From: an uncultured Clostridia bacterium
Lineage (GTDB): Bacteria > Bacillota > Clostridia > Christensenellales > UBA1242
Assembly (NCBI GenBank): GCA_947628205.1
Contig: CANQYX010000003.1
Span: 665-64,664 of the forward strand
Direction: 5' to 3'
Length of the DNA stretch: 64,000 nucleotides
Shown here in pieces: positions 63,565 to 64,000 of this stretch. The notes under the pieces are model-generated. The model was given only the letters and a program-made list of their open reading frames with translations, had not been told where the DNA came from and did not search any database. The stretch's first letter is position 1. Every line of letters starts with the position of its first letter. Position numbers and translations under genes: made by a program.

Positions 63565-64000
63565 AATTCTTTAACAACATTTTTAATGGTTTTAACCGAA
63601 TTGTTAAATTCTTTTCGCTCGTCTGGGCTCAAGCACAAATCCACCGTTTCACGCACGCCGTTGCGGCAAATTATGGCTGGCTGGCCGATGCATACACCAT
63701 ATTTTTCGTTATAAACCGAAACTGTGAAAATTGAATTTGAATTTTCAAAAATTGCATCGGTAATATTCTTTAAGCACATGCCAATGCCATAAGCAGTGTT
63801 TCCTTTCTTTTCAATAATTTTATATGCGCTTGTGCGAACGTCTTTCAAAATTTTGTTCATTTTGGTTTTAGTTAAATATTTGCTAATAGGTGTTAAGCCA
63901 ATTGTGGCATTGCTCCACGGGATCATTTCGCTATCACCATGTTCACCAATAACATATGCGTGAATATTCTTATAATTTAAATTCACTTCGTTGCCAACCA
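63549..64000 (-). CDS. ldh: L-lactate dehydrogenase, C-terminal part (gene continues beyond the window)
   Basis: ...IHAYVIGEHGDSEMIPWS...SAYKIIEKKGNTAYGIG... The ORF is open to the window edge. Confidence 0.85.
   Translation of the reverse strand, partial: VGNEVNLNYKNIHAYVIGEHGDSEMIPWSNATIGLTPISKYLTKTKMNKILKDVRTSAYKIIEKKGNTAYGIGMCLKNITDAIFENSNSIFTVSVYNEKYGVCIGQPAIICRNGVRETVDLCLSPDERKEFNNSVKTIKNVVKELKIKL

Overview
This is an AT-rich chromosomal segment whose gene content and synteny look like Bacillota (Firmicutes, Clostridia-like). All calls rest on motif recognition by eye; no database search was run. The backbone is housekeeping: secA; a minus-strand string mrnC-rlmB-sigH-dnaX-ybaB-recR; addB-addA; leuS; rplI; glyQS; alr; queH; yabP-yabQ-divIC; rlmH; tadA; hup; dusB; and a partial ldh. 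There are two tRNAs, Ser-GCU and Asn-GUU. I found no rRNA, CRISPR array, transposase, integrase or phage genes. Between the backbone genes sit envelope and surface genes: a BspA-type LRR protein, a 980-aa Cys-rich/LRR lipoprotein, an 11.1-kb (3702-codon) lipoprotein gene with GLUG-like repeats, an acyltransferase-3 membrane protein, an LtaS-family protein, two CPBP proteases and a MOP flippase. Several large proteins have no recognisable family. Points worth a second look: (1) The only two long G/C homopolymers in the window sit at surface-related genes. A G11 run fills the -35/-10 spacer of the LRR gene promoter, and an in-frame G10 run lies inside the acyltransferase CDS. Both are candidate slipped-strand phase switches. 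(2) At least seven genes have a near-consensus promoter whose -10 hexamer ends exactly 6-7 nt before the start codon and have no Shine-Dalgarno, which suggests leaderless mRNAs. Neighbouring genes carry strong GGAGG sites. (3) A complete riboswitch-like leader (P1, anti-terminator, terminator) with SAM-I-clan core strings precedes an unknown 108-aa ORF. (4) A membrane coiled-coil protein carries three AT-hooks. (5) A structured repeat island lies upstream of secA. (6) Helically phased T-tract arrays occupy many intergenic regions. (7) A translationally coupled small-ORF/gluzincin-like pair has unknown function. No classical multi-gene defence or mobile system could be supported from the sequence.
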